DNA from: Schizochytrium sp. TIO01 | Taxonomy: Eukaryota; Protista; Bigyra: Labyrinthulomycetes | Reading direction: 5' to 3' | Length of the DNA: 64,000 bases | Assembly: GCA_004764695.1 (NCBI GenBank) | Contig: SMSO01000032.1 | Span: 992,001 to 1,056,000, forward strand | Part shown: positions 12,481 to 23,739 of the stretch, one piece after another | How the letters are laid out: every line of letters begins with the position of its first letter | How positions within the stretch are numbered: position 1 is the first letter of the stretch | The notes under the pieces: generated by a model | The model's database searches: none | What the model was told of the DNA's origin: nothing | Seen by the model: the letters and a program-made list of their open reading frames with translations, nothing else | Translations under genes and position numbers: made by a program

Positions 12481-15400
12481 ATGCTGGGCCAATGGAGGCG
12501 CGGCGCAGCGCCCTTGGCGGCGTCTGCACGGAGGCCCCTGCGTGTGGCGCTCGTGGTGGTAGACCTCGGCGTCCGCGCTGCCTCCTCGTCGGCAGGCAAG
12601 TCCGTCGTGGGCGTAACCAAGCGCACGCAGCGCGGCAGCTTCAAGCAGGTGCCCAAGCACAAGATGGGCCTGTACGAGCCGTCCTTGGAGCGCGACTCGT
12701 GCGGTGTCGGTATGGTGGCCAACCTCAAGGGTAAGGTCAGCCACCGCATTGTGGCTGATGCGAACGAGATGCTCGCGCGTATGGCTCACCGTGGTGGCTG
12801 CGGCTGTGAAGCAAACACTGGTGACGGTGCCGGTATCCTTGTCGGTATGCCTGACGGCTTCATGCGCAAGATCGCCAAGAGCGACCTCGGCATTGAGCTC
12901 CCTGCTGCCGGCAACTTTGCCTCCGGTATGGTCTTCACCTCCGTGGAAAGCGACCAGGCCGAGGCCTCTAAGAAGCTTCTCGAGGAGAAAGCCCCGCAGT
13001 TCGGACTCAAGGTCCTCGGATGGCGTGATGTTCCCACCAACAACTCCATGCTTGGTATGGGTGCCAGACTCTCAGAGCCTAGCATTACCCAGGTCTTCGT
13101 AGAGAACTCCGCAGGCCACTCCGTTGAGGTCTTTGAGCGCGAGCTCATGCGCATGCGTAAGGCCACAGAGGCCGCCACACTCGATGCAGGCATTGAGGAC
13201 TTCTACGTGTGCAGTCTTTCCGCACGGACCATCACTTACAAGGGTCAGCTCACCCCCGAGCAGCTGCCCCAGTACTACTTGGATCTTGTCAACACCGACT
13301 TCCAGTCTCACCTCGCACTTGTGCACTCGCGTTTTTCCACTAACACCTTCCCCAGTTGGGACCGCGCACAGCCCAACCGTGTGCTTTGCCACAACGGAGA
13401 GATCAACACTCTCCGTGGTAACAAGAACTGGATGCACGCTCGCAGTGGTGTCATGAAGTCGCCCCTGCTCGCCGACAACGATCAAGCTGGTCTTCTGCCC
13501 ATCTGCTCCGACAACATGACCGACTCTGGTAACGTTGACTCTGTGCTTGAGCTCCTTGTCAAGGGCTCTGAGCGCTCCATTGCCGAGGCCATGATGATGA
13601 TGATCCCGGAAGCCCACCAGAACGACGTCCACATCTCGCCCACCAAGAAGGCTTTCTACGACTACAACAGCCTCATCATGGAGCCCTGGGATGGCCCCGC
13701 CATGATGGCCTTTACCGACGGCCGCTTTGTCGGAGCCTGCCTCGATCGCAACGGTCTCCGCCCCAGCCGCTTCTACGTGACCGAAGATGACCACGTCATC
13801 CTTTCGTCCGAGGTCGGTGTCTTGCCCTCGCTCGACCCGGCTACCATCAAGCACAAGGGCCGCCTCGAGCCCGGCAAGCTCTTCCTCGTTGACTTCGAGA
13901 CTGAGCGCATTGTACACGACGAGGAGCTTAAGCACACCATCGCAGGTGCCCGTGACTACGGTGCATGGCTCAAGAAGCACCTCACCTCCCTCAATGAGTG
14001 GTCCGAAGCCGTCCCCGCCAAGAACTCCAAGAAGGCTCTTGACGACAAGGAGCTTCGCGCCCGCCTCAACGCATTCGGCTACACCACCGAGACCCTCGAT
14101 CTTCTCCTTGCCCCTATGGCTGTTGGTGGCAAGGAGGCTCTTGGTAGCATGGGTGTTGATGCCCCGCTCGCAGTCCTCTCCAGACTTCCCAAGGGCCCCA
14201 CTGAGTACTTTAAGCAGCTTTTTGCCCAGGTTACCAACCCACCCATTGACCCTATCCGTGAGGAGATCGTCATGAGTCTCGAGTGCCCTGTAGGACCTGA
14301 GGCCAACCTCCTCGAGGTTACCGAGGAGCACGCTGCCCGTCTTATGGTTAAGAACCCCATTCTCTCCGAGCAGGACATGGCTGCCGTGCTCGCAGCTGAC
14401 TCCAAGGAGAACGCCTTTAAGGGTCGCTGGTACTCCAAGGAAATCGACATGACCTACGCAGCACCTGCTGCTGGAGAGTCCCAGGGTGACGCCCTTCGTG
14501 CGGCTCTTCAGAACATCTGCAACCAAGCCGAGGAGGCTGTTGCCAATGGACAGGTTCCCGTCATTGTCCTTTCTCATGATAAGGTCGGCGACGAAAGACT
14601 CCCCATCCCGTCTCTCCTTGCTCTTGGAGCTGTGCACCAGCACCTCATCAAGCTCAAGCAGCGTACCAACTGCGCACTCTTCCTCAAGGCTGGTGATGCC
14701 CGCGAGGTCCACGATATGGCATGCCTCTTCGGCTTTGGTGCTGATGCCGTGTGCCCCTCCACCGCATACGATGCTATTCGCGAACTCAACTCCAGCGGAC
14801 GTCTCTACGCCATGAACTACAGACAAGAGATCGCTGATGACGATGCCATCGAGAAGTACCGCAAGGCACTCGGAAAGGGTCTGCTCAAGGTCATGAGCAA
14901 GATGGGTATCTCAACTCTTCAGAGTTACAAGGGAGCCCAGATTTTTGAGGCAGTCGGTCTTAACTCTGAGATTGTTGAGATGTGCTTCACCGGCACCACC
15001 AGCCGCATTGAGGGTGCTGACTTTGACGCCATTGCCCAGGATGTTGCCACCAACCACCACCGCGCATACCCCCACACCGCTCGCGAGCGTGGAGGCTCTG
15101 CTGGAGCTCGCGCCCACATGCCGCTCCTTGCCAACCCTGGTGACTACCATTACCGCGCCAACGGAGAGGCACACCACAACACCCCGGCCGCTATGGCAGA
15201 GATGCAGTACGCCGTGCGCGAGTACGACCAGGCTGCTTGGGAGAGGTACCGTGCCCACACCATGGAAGCCAACCGCAAGGTTTCCATCCGTGGCCTCTTG
15301 GACTTCAATGTAGACCCGGCACGCTCCATCTCAATTGACGAGGTTGAGCCTGTCTCAGAGATCCTCAAGCGCTTCGCCACTGGTGCCATGAGTCTTGGAT

Positions 15401-17289
15401 CCATCTCCGCAGAGGCTCACGAGACACTTGCTGTGGCCATGAACCGCATTGGAGGACGCTCCAACACTGGAGAAGGTGGTGAGGACCCGAGACGTTTCAA
15501 GCCTCTCCCCAACGGAGACACCAAGCGCAGTGCCATCAAGCAGGTCGCTTCTGGCCGCTTCGGTGTGACCGCAGAGTACCTCGCCAACTCTGACCAGGTC
15601 CAGATTAAGATGGCTCAGGGAGCCAAGCCCGGTGAGGGTGGAGAGCTTCCCGGCTTCAAGGTCTCCGACGAGATTGCCAAGACCCGTGGAACCACCCCCG
15701 GAGTTGGTCTCATCTCTCCCCCTCCTCATCACGATATTTACTCGATCGAGGATCTTGCCCAGCTTATTCACGATTTGAAGAACGCTAACCCGTACGGTGA
15801 GGTTTCTGTCAAGCTTGTATCCGAGGTTGGTGTCGGTATTGTTGCTGCTGGTACTGCCAAGGCCAAGGCTGACCACATCGTCGTCAGTGGTGGTGATGGT
15901 GGCACCGGTGCCGCAGCATGGACTGGAATCCACCGTGCCGGTCTCCCGTGGGAGCTTGGTGTCGCCGAGGCTCAGCAGACTCTCGTTGTGAACGACCTCC
16001 GTTCTCGCGTGCGTCTCCAGGCTGACGGTCAGATGAAGACTGGTCGTGATGTTGTCATCTCCGCTCTTCTCGGTGCCGAGGAGTGTGGCTTCAGTACCGC
16101 CCCGCTTATTGCTCTTGGATGCATCATGATGCGTAAGTGCCACCTCAACACATGTCCCGTCGGTATCGCAACCCAGGACCCTGAGCTCCGCGCCAAGTTT
16201 ATTGGCCAGCCTGAGCACGTGGTGAACTTCTTCCAGTTCCTTGCTGAGGACGTTCGCTCTTACATGGCTCTCCTTGGATTCCGCACATACGAGGAGATGA
16301 TTGGACGCACTGACATGCTCCGCATCGACGAGGCACAGCTCCACTACAAGACCAAGGGTCTCGACCTCTCTGGTCTCTTGCAGCCGGCCACCGACCTCAA
16401 CCCGGACGCTGTCCCATACCACAACATGCTCCAGGACCACGAACTTGAGACTGTCCTTGACCACACCCTCATTGCCAAGGCACAAGAGTCTATCCTTAAT
16501 GGAAACCGCTCCTTCTACGAAACCTCCATCAACAACCTTAACCGCACCACCGGTGCTATGCTCAGCAACCAGGTCGTTCGCAAGTACGGTCATGCTGGTC
16601 TCCCCGACGGCACCATCCGCATCAAGTTTGATGGCTCTGCCGGACAGTCCTTTGGTGCCTTCCTGGCTCGCGGTATCACCTTCGAAATTGAGGGTGATGC
16701 CAACGATGGTGTTGGCAAGTGCCTCTCCGGTGGCCGCATTATTGCATACCCCCATGCCTCCACCTTTGCCCGTCAGCCTTCCTTCAAGGCTGAGGACAAC
16801 ATCATTCTCGGCAACGTCGCACTCTACGGTGCCTCCGAGGGTACCCTCTTTGCACGTGGTATCGTCGGTGAGCGCTTCGCTGTGCGTAACTCCGGTGCCC
16901 ACGCCGTCGTGGAGGGTGCTGGAGACCACGCTATGGAGTACATGACTGGTGGTCGTGTGGCCATTCTCGGACCCACTGGCCGCAACGCATGTGCTGGTAT
17001 GAGCGGAGGTATTGCCTACATCTACGATCCGGAGAACCGCTTCCCCAGCCGCTGCAACCAGGAGATGGTCTCCCTTGAGAAGGTTGTCGATGACGAACAT
17101 GTCGAGGAGCTCCGCGCCCTCATCGAGGAGCACCGTCGCCAGACCGCTTCCCCGGTCGCTCGCAACATCCTCAACAACTGGGAGTCTTCTCTGAACGACT
17201 TTGTTCTTGTGTATCCTCATGACTACAAGCGTGTAATCATGGAGCGCCGCGAGCGTGAGCTTGCTGAGCCTGCCGTTGCTTCTGCGTAA
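12481..17289 (+). CDS. gltB: Glutamate synthase (GOGAT) large/alpha subunit, NAD(P)H-type, with N-terminal presequence
   Basis: 1602-aa intronless ORF. Ntn-glutaminase start ERDSCGVG (catalytic Cys74 at 12700), HSRFSTNTFPSW, HNGEINT, MEPWDGPA, FAQVTNPPIDP, IKQVASGRFGV, QGAKPGEGG, 3Fe-4S motif CIMMRKCHLNTCPVG and C-terminal GXGXG domain. Strong C-ending codon bias. Confidence 0.98.
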   Translation: MLGQWRRGAAPLAASARRPLRVALVVVDLGVRAASSSAGKSVVGVTKRTQRGSFKQVPKHKMGLYEPSLERDSCGVGMVANLKGKVSHRIVADANEMLARMAHRGGCGCEANTGDGAGILVGMPDGFMRKIAKSDLGIELPAAGNFASGMVFTSVESDQAEASKKLLEEKAPQFGLKVLGWRDVPTNNSMLGMGARLSEPSITQVFVENSAGHSVEVFERELMRMRKATEAATLDAGIEDFYVCSLSARTITYKGQLTPEQLPQYYLDLVNTDFQSHLALVHSRFSTNTFPSWDRAQPNRVLCHNGEINTLRGNKNWMHARSGVMKSPLLADNDQAGLLPICSDNMTDSGNVDSVLELLVKGSERSIAEAMMMMIPEAHQNDVHISPTKKAFYDYNSLIMEPWDGPAMMAFTDGRFVGACLDRNGLRPSRFYVTEDDHVILSSEVGVLPSLDPATIKHKGRLEPGKLFLVDFETERIVHDEELKHTIAGARDYGAWLKKHLTSLNEWSEAVPAKNSKKALDDKELRARLNAFGYTTETLDLLLAPMAVGGKEALGSMGVDAPLAVLSRLPKGPTEYFKQLFAQVTNPPIDPIREEIVMSLECPVGPEANLLEVTEEHAARLMVKNPILSEQDMAAVLAADSKENAFKGRWYSKEIDMTYAAPAAGESQGDALRAALQNICNQAEEAVANGQVPVIVLSHDKVGDERLPIPSLLALGAVHQHLIKLKQRTNCALFLKAGDAREVHDMACLFGFGADAVCPSTAYDAIRELNSSGRLYAMNYRQEIADDDAIEKYRKALGKGLLKVMSKMGISTLQSYKGAQIFEAVGLNSEIVEMCFTGTTSRIEGADFDAIAQDVATNHHRAYPHTARERGGSAGARAHMPLLANPGDYHYRANGEAHHNTPAAMAEMQYAVREYDQAAWERYRAHTMEANRKVSIRGLLDFNVDPARSISIDEVEPVSEILKRFATGAMSLGSISAEAHETLAVAMNRIGGRSNTGEGGEDPRRFKPLPNGDTKRSAIKQVASGRFGVTAEYLANSDQVQIKMAQGAKPGEGGELPGFKVSDEIAKTRGTTPGVGLISPPPHHDIYSIEDLAQLIHDLKNANPYGEVSVKLVSEVGVGIVAAGTAKAKADHIVVSGGDGGTGAAAWTGIHRAGLPWELGVAEAQQTLVVNDLRSRVRLQADGQMKTGRDVVISALLGAEECGFSTAPLIALGCIMMRKCHLNTCPVGIATQDPELRAKFIGQPEHVVNFFQFLAEDVRSYMALLGFRTYEEMIGRTDMLRIDEAQLHYKTKGLDLSGLLQPATDLNPDAVPYHNMLQDHELETVLDHTLIAKAQESILNGNRSFYETSINNLNRTTGAMLSNQVVRKYGHAGLPDGTIRIKFDGSAGQSFGAFLARGITFEIEGDANDGVGKCLSGGRIIAYPHASTFARQPSFKAEDNIILGNVALYGASEGTLFARGIVGERFAVRNSGAHAVVEGAGDHAMEYMTGGRVAILGPTGRNACAGMSGGIAYIYDPENRFPSRCNQEMVSLEKVVDDEHVEELRALIEEHRRQTASPVARNILNNWESSLNDFVLVYPHDYKRVIMERRERELAEPAVASA

Positions 17290-17745
17290 ATCTTTTTTTT
17301 CAAACCAATCAACCTACCCACTTTTTTTTAAATAACAATCATAATAATAATAAACAAGTCATGGACATTCTATTCTGATTTTTCCTGGTACATGTATTTT
17401 ACTTATTTTTTTCTCTTGTGCTACACACAAGGTATAGACTGGGTCTAGGCTTAAACTCTATTCTCTCATGTTGTTAACCCGGATCTGTGGTTCTTCAACG
17501 AAAGATGAATGTTTGGGGCTGTGGTTATTTATATATTTATTTATTTATTCGTGGAATTTTATCATCTGCTAGTAGTGGTTGACTCTTCTCAATCTAGAAG
17601 TAAAGCACATATTTCTCAGCCCTGCGTCTGCACAGTCTAAAAAGCAGTAAAACGTTATCGCTTTAATTTTTAAAAATTATGTTTCTGTATAAACAAAAGA
17701 AAAAGAAGAAATCAGCAGGTTGCTTCAATAGTCGTGTCATGTCCT

Positions 17746-20331
17746 TTATACTTCACATATTTCATTACGAGTGGTGGTGTCTGAAAGCTCTTGCAACCTT
17801 TCTAAATAAGGCTGCCAATGTGCAACAAGATTTTCTGCATCAGCACCTGCTGAGTTTCCACAATCGGTGTCTTCTTCATCCCAAGAGTCCCATTCGTCAT
17901 CACCATCCTCAATCAGACCTGGAGCATCATCATCTTCATCATCCTCATCATTTTCATTGTAATAACGACTTCCCCGAGTTGCGTCATGAATCTTAGTTTT
18001 CGATAGGTGCAATAAGTTTTTAGCGAGGTTTTCAGCTAAAACTGGTGGTTGGACTGTAGGTAAAACCATCAAAGCGCATTGAATCAACCCTTGTCCCAGT
18101 GCTCCTAGGTCAATTGCGGTGGATGACAACGATGCAGTAACCGCACGTACGAGTTCCTCAGGCTGGGGATGCGACGGAGCCACTACTAAAAGGGCCTCCA
18201 ACAGGTATAACTGATCAGATGTTTCATACACTGCCTCGGTGAGCCAGTGAACAATGAATGGGGCAAACCAGCTGGCTTCTTCGCAAGAAAGAAGGCCACA
18301 AAATGCGGGGAGGAACTTTGCCATATGATTTGCAAACCCAATGTAGCGATTACGAGCACGACGACGGCGTTCTGCCTCTTCTGAATGGACTGTACACTGA
18401 CCAGAGGATTTTGACCTGGATCGAAGAAGTTGGCGTTGTGGACTTACTGGATTTGCGAACACTGTTTCTTGATGAAGGCTAGTCAGATAATCGCGCAGTA
18501 CTTGTGACCGCCGGCGCTGATCGCCATGAAAGACGTCCAAGGGCTCAAGTCGATGAAAATTATGAACTGCCACCATTGCCAAAACTAAATTTTCCATCAG
18601 AAGCCCACTAACTAATGAAACGTTTGTCTGTTTACTTTCTCCAGTCACCGAATGAAAGAGAGCAAGCTCTTCAGAACGCACAGCACAATCAATAAGTATT
18701 GGCTTTGGTCTTCTTTCCTCCTGTGGAGTCTCTCCCATTGCTTGCATTAGATATGCCTGGATAAGCTCTGCTCGAATCCAATCATCCACCTCTGTCCGTG
18801 CCCATAGGTCGACCAGAACATTTTCTACATTATATTTACGTAGCACGCGTACGATTTCCGGGCAAATTTGACGGGTCATGCGCTGTAACTCGAAAGATTC
18901 TCCACAAGATTTACGGGAAATGCAATTCAATACTTGTGGTAGCGTCTTTTGCAAGTTCTCCATAGTACTCGGCGAAATTTCAGGGTGTTGTGCATTAAGT
19001 TCGACAAAAATACCCTCAATGACAAAAAGTCGTCCTTCTTTCTCCTGCCAGCTCATATCCACAGATATGTCAGAGACACGTCCTAAAAGTGTAACACTTG
19101 CATTCCCACGAGCTTTCAGATCTCGATGGCGACGTAGATCTGCCATAATTGCCTCACTACAGGCTTGCCTCACCGTTGATGCAGTGTTTTTCAACAGTGG
19201 CAAGAGCTGATCCGCAAGGCCGTTATCATCCACCTCAGCTCCTGAAATAATTCTCGATGTGGACCGAATCGTACAGATTCTGTCAACAAGATTCAAGAGA
19301 CCATCCGCGAAATAAGGAGTAAGCTCTTCTGATCCTCTCATCGCCCCCAAGGCCTCTTGTAGCATGGTAGTAGCATATCCAGAACGAGGTCCGCCAATAC
19401 GGATGATACTTTCAGCTAAATCTTGAGCTGCTGTGCGTACGGATAATTGAGTATGGGAAAGGGCCTGAAGAACTGTCTTCTGTGCATCTCGCATGTACCT
19501 TTCAACATGTAGACTCTGGAATGTTTCTAAACACACTCGCATGCCATGTAAAGCGCCATCTTGAGCTTTCCAGTACGCACTTTCCTCTAGGCATTGACAG
19601 GCGATGCCCAAGTGAGAAACATTTATAGGATTTGAAGTAGATGCAACGCTATGAAAGGCCTCAAACAATTGTTTTTGTAACGTCTCATCCTCCGTAGCGA
19701 GCCTTCCCAAATATCCCACGCTAAGCTTCCGAGTCGCAGACCACACATCTGTTATTGATCTCAATGTGAAACGGAATAAGTTGTGCCTTCCTGGCACCAT
19801 TTGATAGTTTACACAAAGTTCAAGTCCGTATCGAAATACATTTTGACGCAACAAAGGGTCTTGTTCGTCTGTAGCAAGACTTGTGCACTCATCTAGAGCA
19901 GCTAAAATCTCATCCGCAGAATAAGGGAGCTGAACAAGCCTAGAAATTGTATTTTCATCTTTGCTGCGTACTAATGACCATACCTCTGAGCAAACATTTA
20001 CAGGAATAGGTATTAGCGCGGTATTTACATGGTCTGGTTCATCACATTTAGTCTCTGCATAGTTATTGTTCATGATGTTTGTATTACAAGGTGCCTTCAC
20101 AGGTTCTTTGGGTGAGTTCGAAGAGAACGATTCTGCAGGAGTAGGAGAGGGGACTTCTTTCAAAGCATCCGCACCAAAGGGCACAGGGCTTACCATGCGC
20201 TTTGACCGGGGACTTGATGACCTTTTTAGCCATGCTGTCCGAGCAGAGTTGAGTAAAGAAGATGGCGACGAAAGTAGCCTTGGCGGCGCTTGTGGTGGCT
20301 TAGCCTCATCAGTATTACATCTTCGCATCAT
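17746..20331 (-). CDS. Uncharacterised HEAT/ARM-repeat protein
   Basis: 861-aa ORF with helical HEAT-like segments (YWKAQDGALHG, LSHTQLSVRTAA, LKNTASTVRQAC, SWQEKEGRLFVIE), a Ser/Pro-rich N-terminus and an acidic C-terminal patch. Confidence 0.7.
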   Translation of the reverse strand: MMRRCNTDEAKPPQAPPRLLSSPSSLLNSARTAWLKRSSSPRSKRMVSPVPFGADALKEVPSPTPAESFSSNSPKEPVKAPCNTNIMNNNYAETKCDEPDHVNTALIPIPVNVCSEVWSLVRSKDENTISRLVQLPYSADEILAALDECTSLATDEQDPLLRQNVFRYGLELCVNYQMVPGRHNLFRFTLRSITDVWSATRKLSVGYLGRLATEDETLQKQLFEAFHSVASTSNPINVSHLGIACQCLEESAYWKAQDGALHGMRVCLETFQSLHVERYMRDAQKTVLQALSHTQLSVRTAAQDLAESIIRIGGPRSGYATTMLQEALGAMRGSEELTPYFADGLLNLVDRICTIRSTSRIISGAEVDDNGLADQLLPLLKNTASTVRQACSEAIMADLRRHRDLKARGNASVTLLGRVSDISVDMSWQEKEGRLFVIEGIFVELNAQHPEISPSTMENLQKTLPQVLNCISRKSCGESFELQRMTRQICPEIVRVLRKYNVENVLVDLWARTEVDDWIRAELIQAYLMQAMGETPQEERRPKPILIDCAVRSEELALFHSVTGESKQTNVSLVSGLLMENLVLAMVAVHNFHRLEPLDVFHGDQRRRSQVLRDYLTSLHQETVFANPVSPQRQLLRSRSKSSGQCTVHSEEAERRRRARNRYIGFANHMAKFLPAFCGLLSCEEASWFAPFIVHWLTEAVYETSDQLYLLEALLVVAPSHPQPEELVRAVTASLSSTAIDLGALGQGLIQCALMVLPTVQPPVLAENLAKNLLHLSKTKIHDATRGSRYYNENDEDDEDDDAPGLIEDGDDEWDSWDEEDTDCGNSAGADAENLVAHWQPYLERLQELSDTTTRNEICEV

Positions 20332-21485
20332 TCTACTAACATGTATTAATTTACTTTTTCAGAAAGCAGCGTCAGCGAAGTGAGAAGTAGTAGGTGTACC
20401 ACAATCACGCTCACACAACCCTACAACTTTAGTTGATTAAGTCAATATACTCTTTGAAGTAACTCTGAAGCTAGACACAATCAGCCAATCAATCAAGCAG
20501 CAAACCGTATGTCTACCTCTTCAAGCCTCAAACTGAGTTTCCTCTCAATGCTGATTGCCTTTTATTTCTAAAGAACTTATTCGCCAACATGCGACCAACG
20601 TCTGAAGATCGTCAATGCCCTCACGTGCCTTGGCAAGTGCTTTTACTCTGTTTGATAATGCAAATCCTTAGTACTCATTAGAGCTCATCCTATTAATAGC
20701 CGTTGAGCAATAGCGTGCACGGTATCTTCATATAGGTAAAATAAAAGATCTTGTATGAATGAATAGGCAAATTATTTTACTGCCGAATCTGCAACAAAAG
20801 TCGCCACTGCAAAGAAGGCCGCTGCTGGTGCTGCGCTCAAGGAGGCCATTGCGATAACGAGGCTACGCAGCCACTACGTTCGTAGGCCAAATCAGAGGCC
20901 ACGGCAAGCGTTGCAGGTGCGTGAGGAGTCTCCACATAGATACAGCGATCACATACCCGCGGATAAGCAACGGTCCCTGGCTGCGAGAAACACTCCAAAG
21001 ATGTTGGATGCGGACGTCATGCCTGCTTGTTTCTATTCTTTGCCTTCTCACCTATGCTTTACTGTTGATGTACTTATCGATCCCTTGCGAGAGCGTTCAA
21101 GATGATTAGCAGAGCCGGGGGAAGATGCAGAAGAAAGGACTAGGGAAGAGGCTGGGATTGAGTCTGGTGATTATAATGATGATGGAGGAGCGATGAGTAG
21201 AGACGAGAATTTTTTATTGACTAACCTTGTTGATTTTCTCCGCAATATTATACATGTACAATCCTTTACACTCATATAAATAATTCCATGGAATGGATCT
21301 CTTCAAACATCCCTTTTGGATGCATATGGGTTATTCTTTTACATGGTGTGATGCTAAATGAATCACTGTGCGACGTGGATGGACGGACATAATTAACCAA
21401 ATGTGGATCGTTGATTCTTTCAAATCAGGGAAGAAAGTAAAGAAGCACTTGCGAGATTTATTTTCGTTAGCAAGCAGAAATCATC

Positions 21486-21845
21486 ATGCAGGCTGCAAGA
21501 TTCTCCATCAGCAAGGTCGCTCGCGCGACTGTTGCTAACTCACAGCGCGTGGCCGTGTCTCGGGCTGTTGGCTTCCAGGCCCAGAACCTCGTGCAGCTCC
21601 GCACATACAAGGTGGACCCCAAGTCGGCCGAGATCACCGGTGTGATGAACAACCCCCAGCGCAGTGACTCTGAGTTCCTCATCAACAAGGTCCCCCCCAC
21701 TGAGACTGACAAGGACACCGTTGCCTGCGACGGTGGTGGCGGCTCCCTCGGCCACCCCATCGAGTACATCAAGATCGACCGCATTAACAACAAACCCTCC
21801 ACCTGCAAATACTGCGGCCTTCGCTGGATTGCCAAGAAGCACTAA
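21486..21845 (+). CDS. NDUFS6: NADH:ubiquinone oxidoreductase 13-kDa zinc-finger subunit (zf-CHCC)
   Basis: Arg/Ala/Ser-rich mitochondrial presequence; VACDGGGGSLGHP...CKYCGLR CHCC motif; biased codon usage. Confidence 0.93.
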   Translation: MQAARFSISKVARATVANSQRVAVSRAVGFQAQNLVQLRTYKVDPKSAEITGVMNNPQRSDSEFLINKVPPTETDKDTVACDGGGGSLGHPIEYIKIDRINNKPSTCKYCGLRWIAKKH

Positions 21846-22680
21846 ATCAGCGCGAGCGAGCAAGCAAGCAATCAAGCAAGTATGTGAGCAACAACCTTGC
21901 TTTTAGTCATGAGCATGCAAGCGACCCTTTACTAGGTTTAGAATCGAGCAAGCGATCGACAAATCTAAATACCGTGCGCGCCTATGTCCGCATTTGTCTT
22001 TCCATTCTTATTCCTTCTCGTTCAACACTCTACGCCACTGACTCTTTTTGGCTTCTCCATGTCACTTGCTGCTGCATAGCTCTAGTAGGGTACCTCTTGA
22101 GTCCGTCTAAAAGTTGAAGAATGAAGTGCATTATATGATTAGATTTCTAGTTCGCCTTCATTTGTTCTTTAAAAATTCCAATTCATGGTCTCTTTATAAA
22201 ATTGCCTTGTTCTCTAGATCCCAAATTTAGTCTTGAGCATCATGGATTGCCTTACCTGCTAGATTTGAAAGTTAGTCTTGAAAATCAGGTCCTCCCTTTC
22301 ATATGTGTGCACCAGAAAGTTTTGGGGGATTCTCCACAAGCCAACCACGCTTGATAATGTAACCCCCCCCCCCCCAAAAAAAAAGAAAAAACCAAAAACG
22401 TGCATAATGACCTCAGAATTGACTGTCGGCAGTCATCTGACAACAGAAAACATTCAAATTCGTTCGATTTGGCGATTATCTTGCCTCAATTGCTAGCTCC
22501 TTTTGTCTGAATGTATCATAGTACAGCGGAGAGAAGAAAATCCAAGGCGACAGAAAAAGGGAAAATGAATACTTATAAGCTGCGCAAAGGTGAGACCACG
22601 CATTCATATATACACGTATATATAGTCTCTATTTTAAAAATTAAAATTAAACTTTTGTATAACAAGGTTGAAGCATTTTA

Positions 22681-23739
22681 CTAGGAAGAAACATTGCGCT
22701 TCTTCCATGCCTTTTTCAAACCAGCAATGCGTTGCTTTAATTTCCTCTCGTCAGGAAATTCAGCATTAGGTTCTTTGGTTGAGTACATTCGCCTTGCAGA
22801 ACTGATGAGGTCCCGCGGACGCACGTTAAGTTCAGCATTAATTCTTTCCTGAAAAAAATGGTCCACAATGTCGGGAATTTGGCATGGACGACCACGTTTC
22901 CGAGGTCGGTCCTGAGGTTCATCATTATCAAAATTTCGGGTTCGAACCTTTAACTCATCATTTCGCTCAATCTCTTTATTCAACTCATATGGACCTGGAA
23001 GAGAGTAACGTTCAGGGAGCTTTTCCTCAAGATCTCGTCGAATAGTTCGTGCAGAAACAATAGGATTGCGGAAGATCTCGTGGAGCTCATTTTGAACGGT
23101 GCTCACCAGGTTTTTTCCAAACGGGGATTCAAATGCTGGACGGAGTGCCCAGCCAGCTGGTAAGAGAAGCTCCTTTTTCATCAGCATATCGCCAGATAAG
23201 TTGAAATCTTGCAACGTTTCATCACCCTTACGGACATCCAAATGCCCATTCTTGAGAAGATTTTGCGTTAAGCGTACAGCTGTGGCAATGAGATCTTTAC
23301 GCAAATTAGTATTCTCTGCCGTACTAGCTTCCCCAGTCCCTGGGCCCATTGTAGAAGACCTTTGCACAGGTACAAGTGCACCCAATGGCGAGCATTTCAG
23401 AACTTGTGTCCCATTTGGGCTTTCATATTGAGGCAGGAAAGGGCTGCCATAGCCCGAGATTACAGATGGTGCATGCACAGCGTCGATAATATCTTCAGAG
23501 TCTGAGTCAAGGTCTGCTTGGCTGTTGCTTGTGACGGCATTCCCATTCATCGTAACATTGAAAGTGCCGATGTTGTTATCATTTGCGTTCATGCTGGCAT
23601 TAGCCTCGCTTGATTCATTGGGCATGGAGATTAAATAATCAGCATCTGCTTCTACCATGCGAGGCGCTTCGTCTTGATCAACCTCCGAAGGTCCCTGACC
23701 CGCTTGCGAATGCAAATGGTCTTCCCAGGGTTTGCCTGC
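22681..23739 (-). CDS. 3' part of the same transposase-derived gene (GWA-motif domain plus KRGRP/helical DNA-binding-like tail)
   Basis: Open from 23739 with no ATG near its start and overlapping the upstream ORF. LPAGWALRP...ELHEIF...LP..YEL resembles the C-terminal module of such transposase-like proteins; RKRGRP AT-hook/NLS. Confidence 0.6.
   Translation of the reverse strand, partial: AGKPWEDHLHSQAGQGPSEVDQDEAPRMVEADADYLISMPNESSEANASMNANDNNIGTFNVTMNGNAVTSNSQADLDSDSEDIIDAVHAPSVISGYGSPFLPQYESPNGTQVLKCSPLGALVPVQRSSTMGPGTGEASTAENTNLRKDLIATAVRLTQNLLKNGHLDVRKGDETLQDFNLSGDMLMKKELLLPAGWALRPAFESPFGKNLVSTVQNELHEIFRNPIVSARTIRRDLEEKLPERYSLPGPYELNKEIERNDELKVRTRNFDNDEPQDRPRKRGRPCQIPDIVDHFFQERINAELNVRPRDLISSARRMYSTKEPNAEFPDERKLKQRIAGLKKAWKKRNVSS

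Noticed and set aside
13072-17220. Long antisense ORFs (584 aa and 621 aa) within gltB
   Set aside because: Shadow ORFs expected from the strong codon bias of a highly expressed gene; no protein-like motifs.
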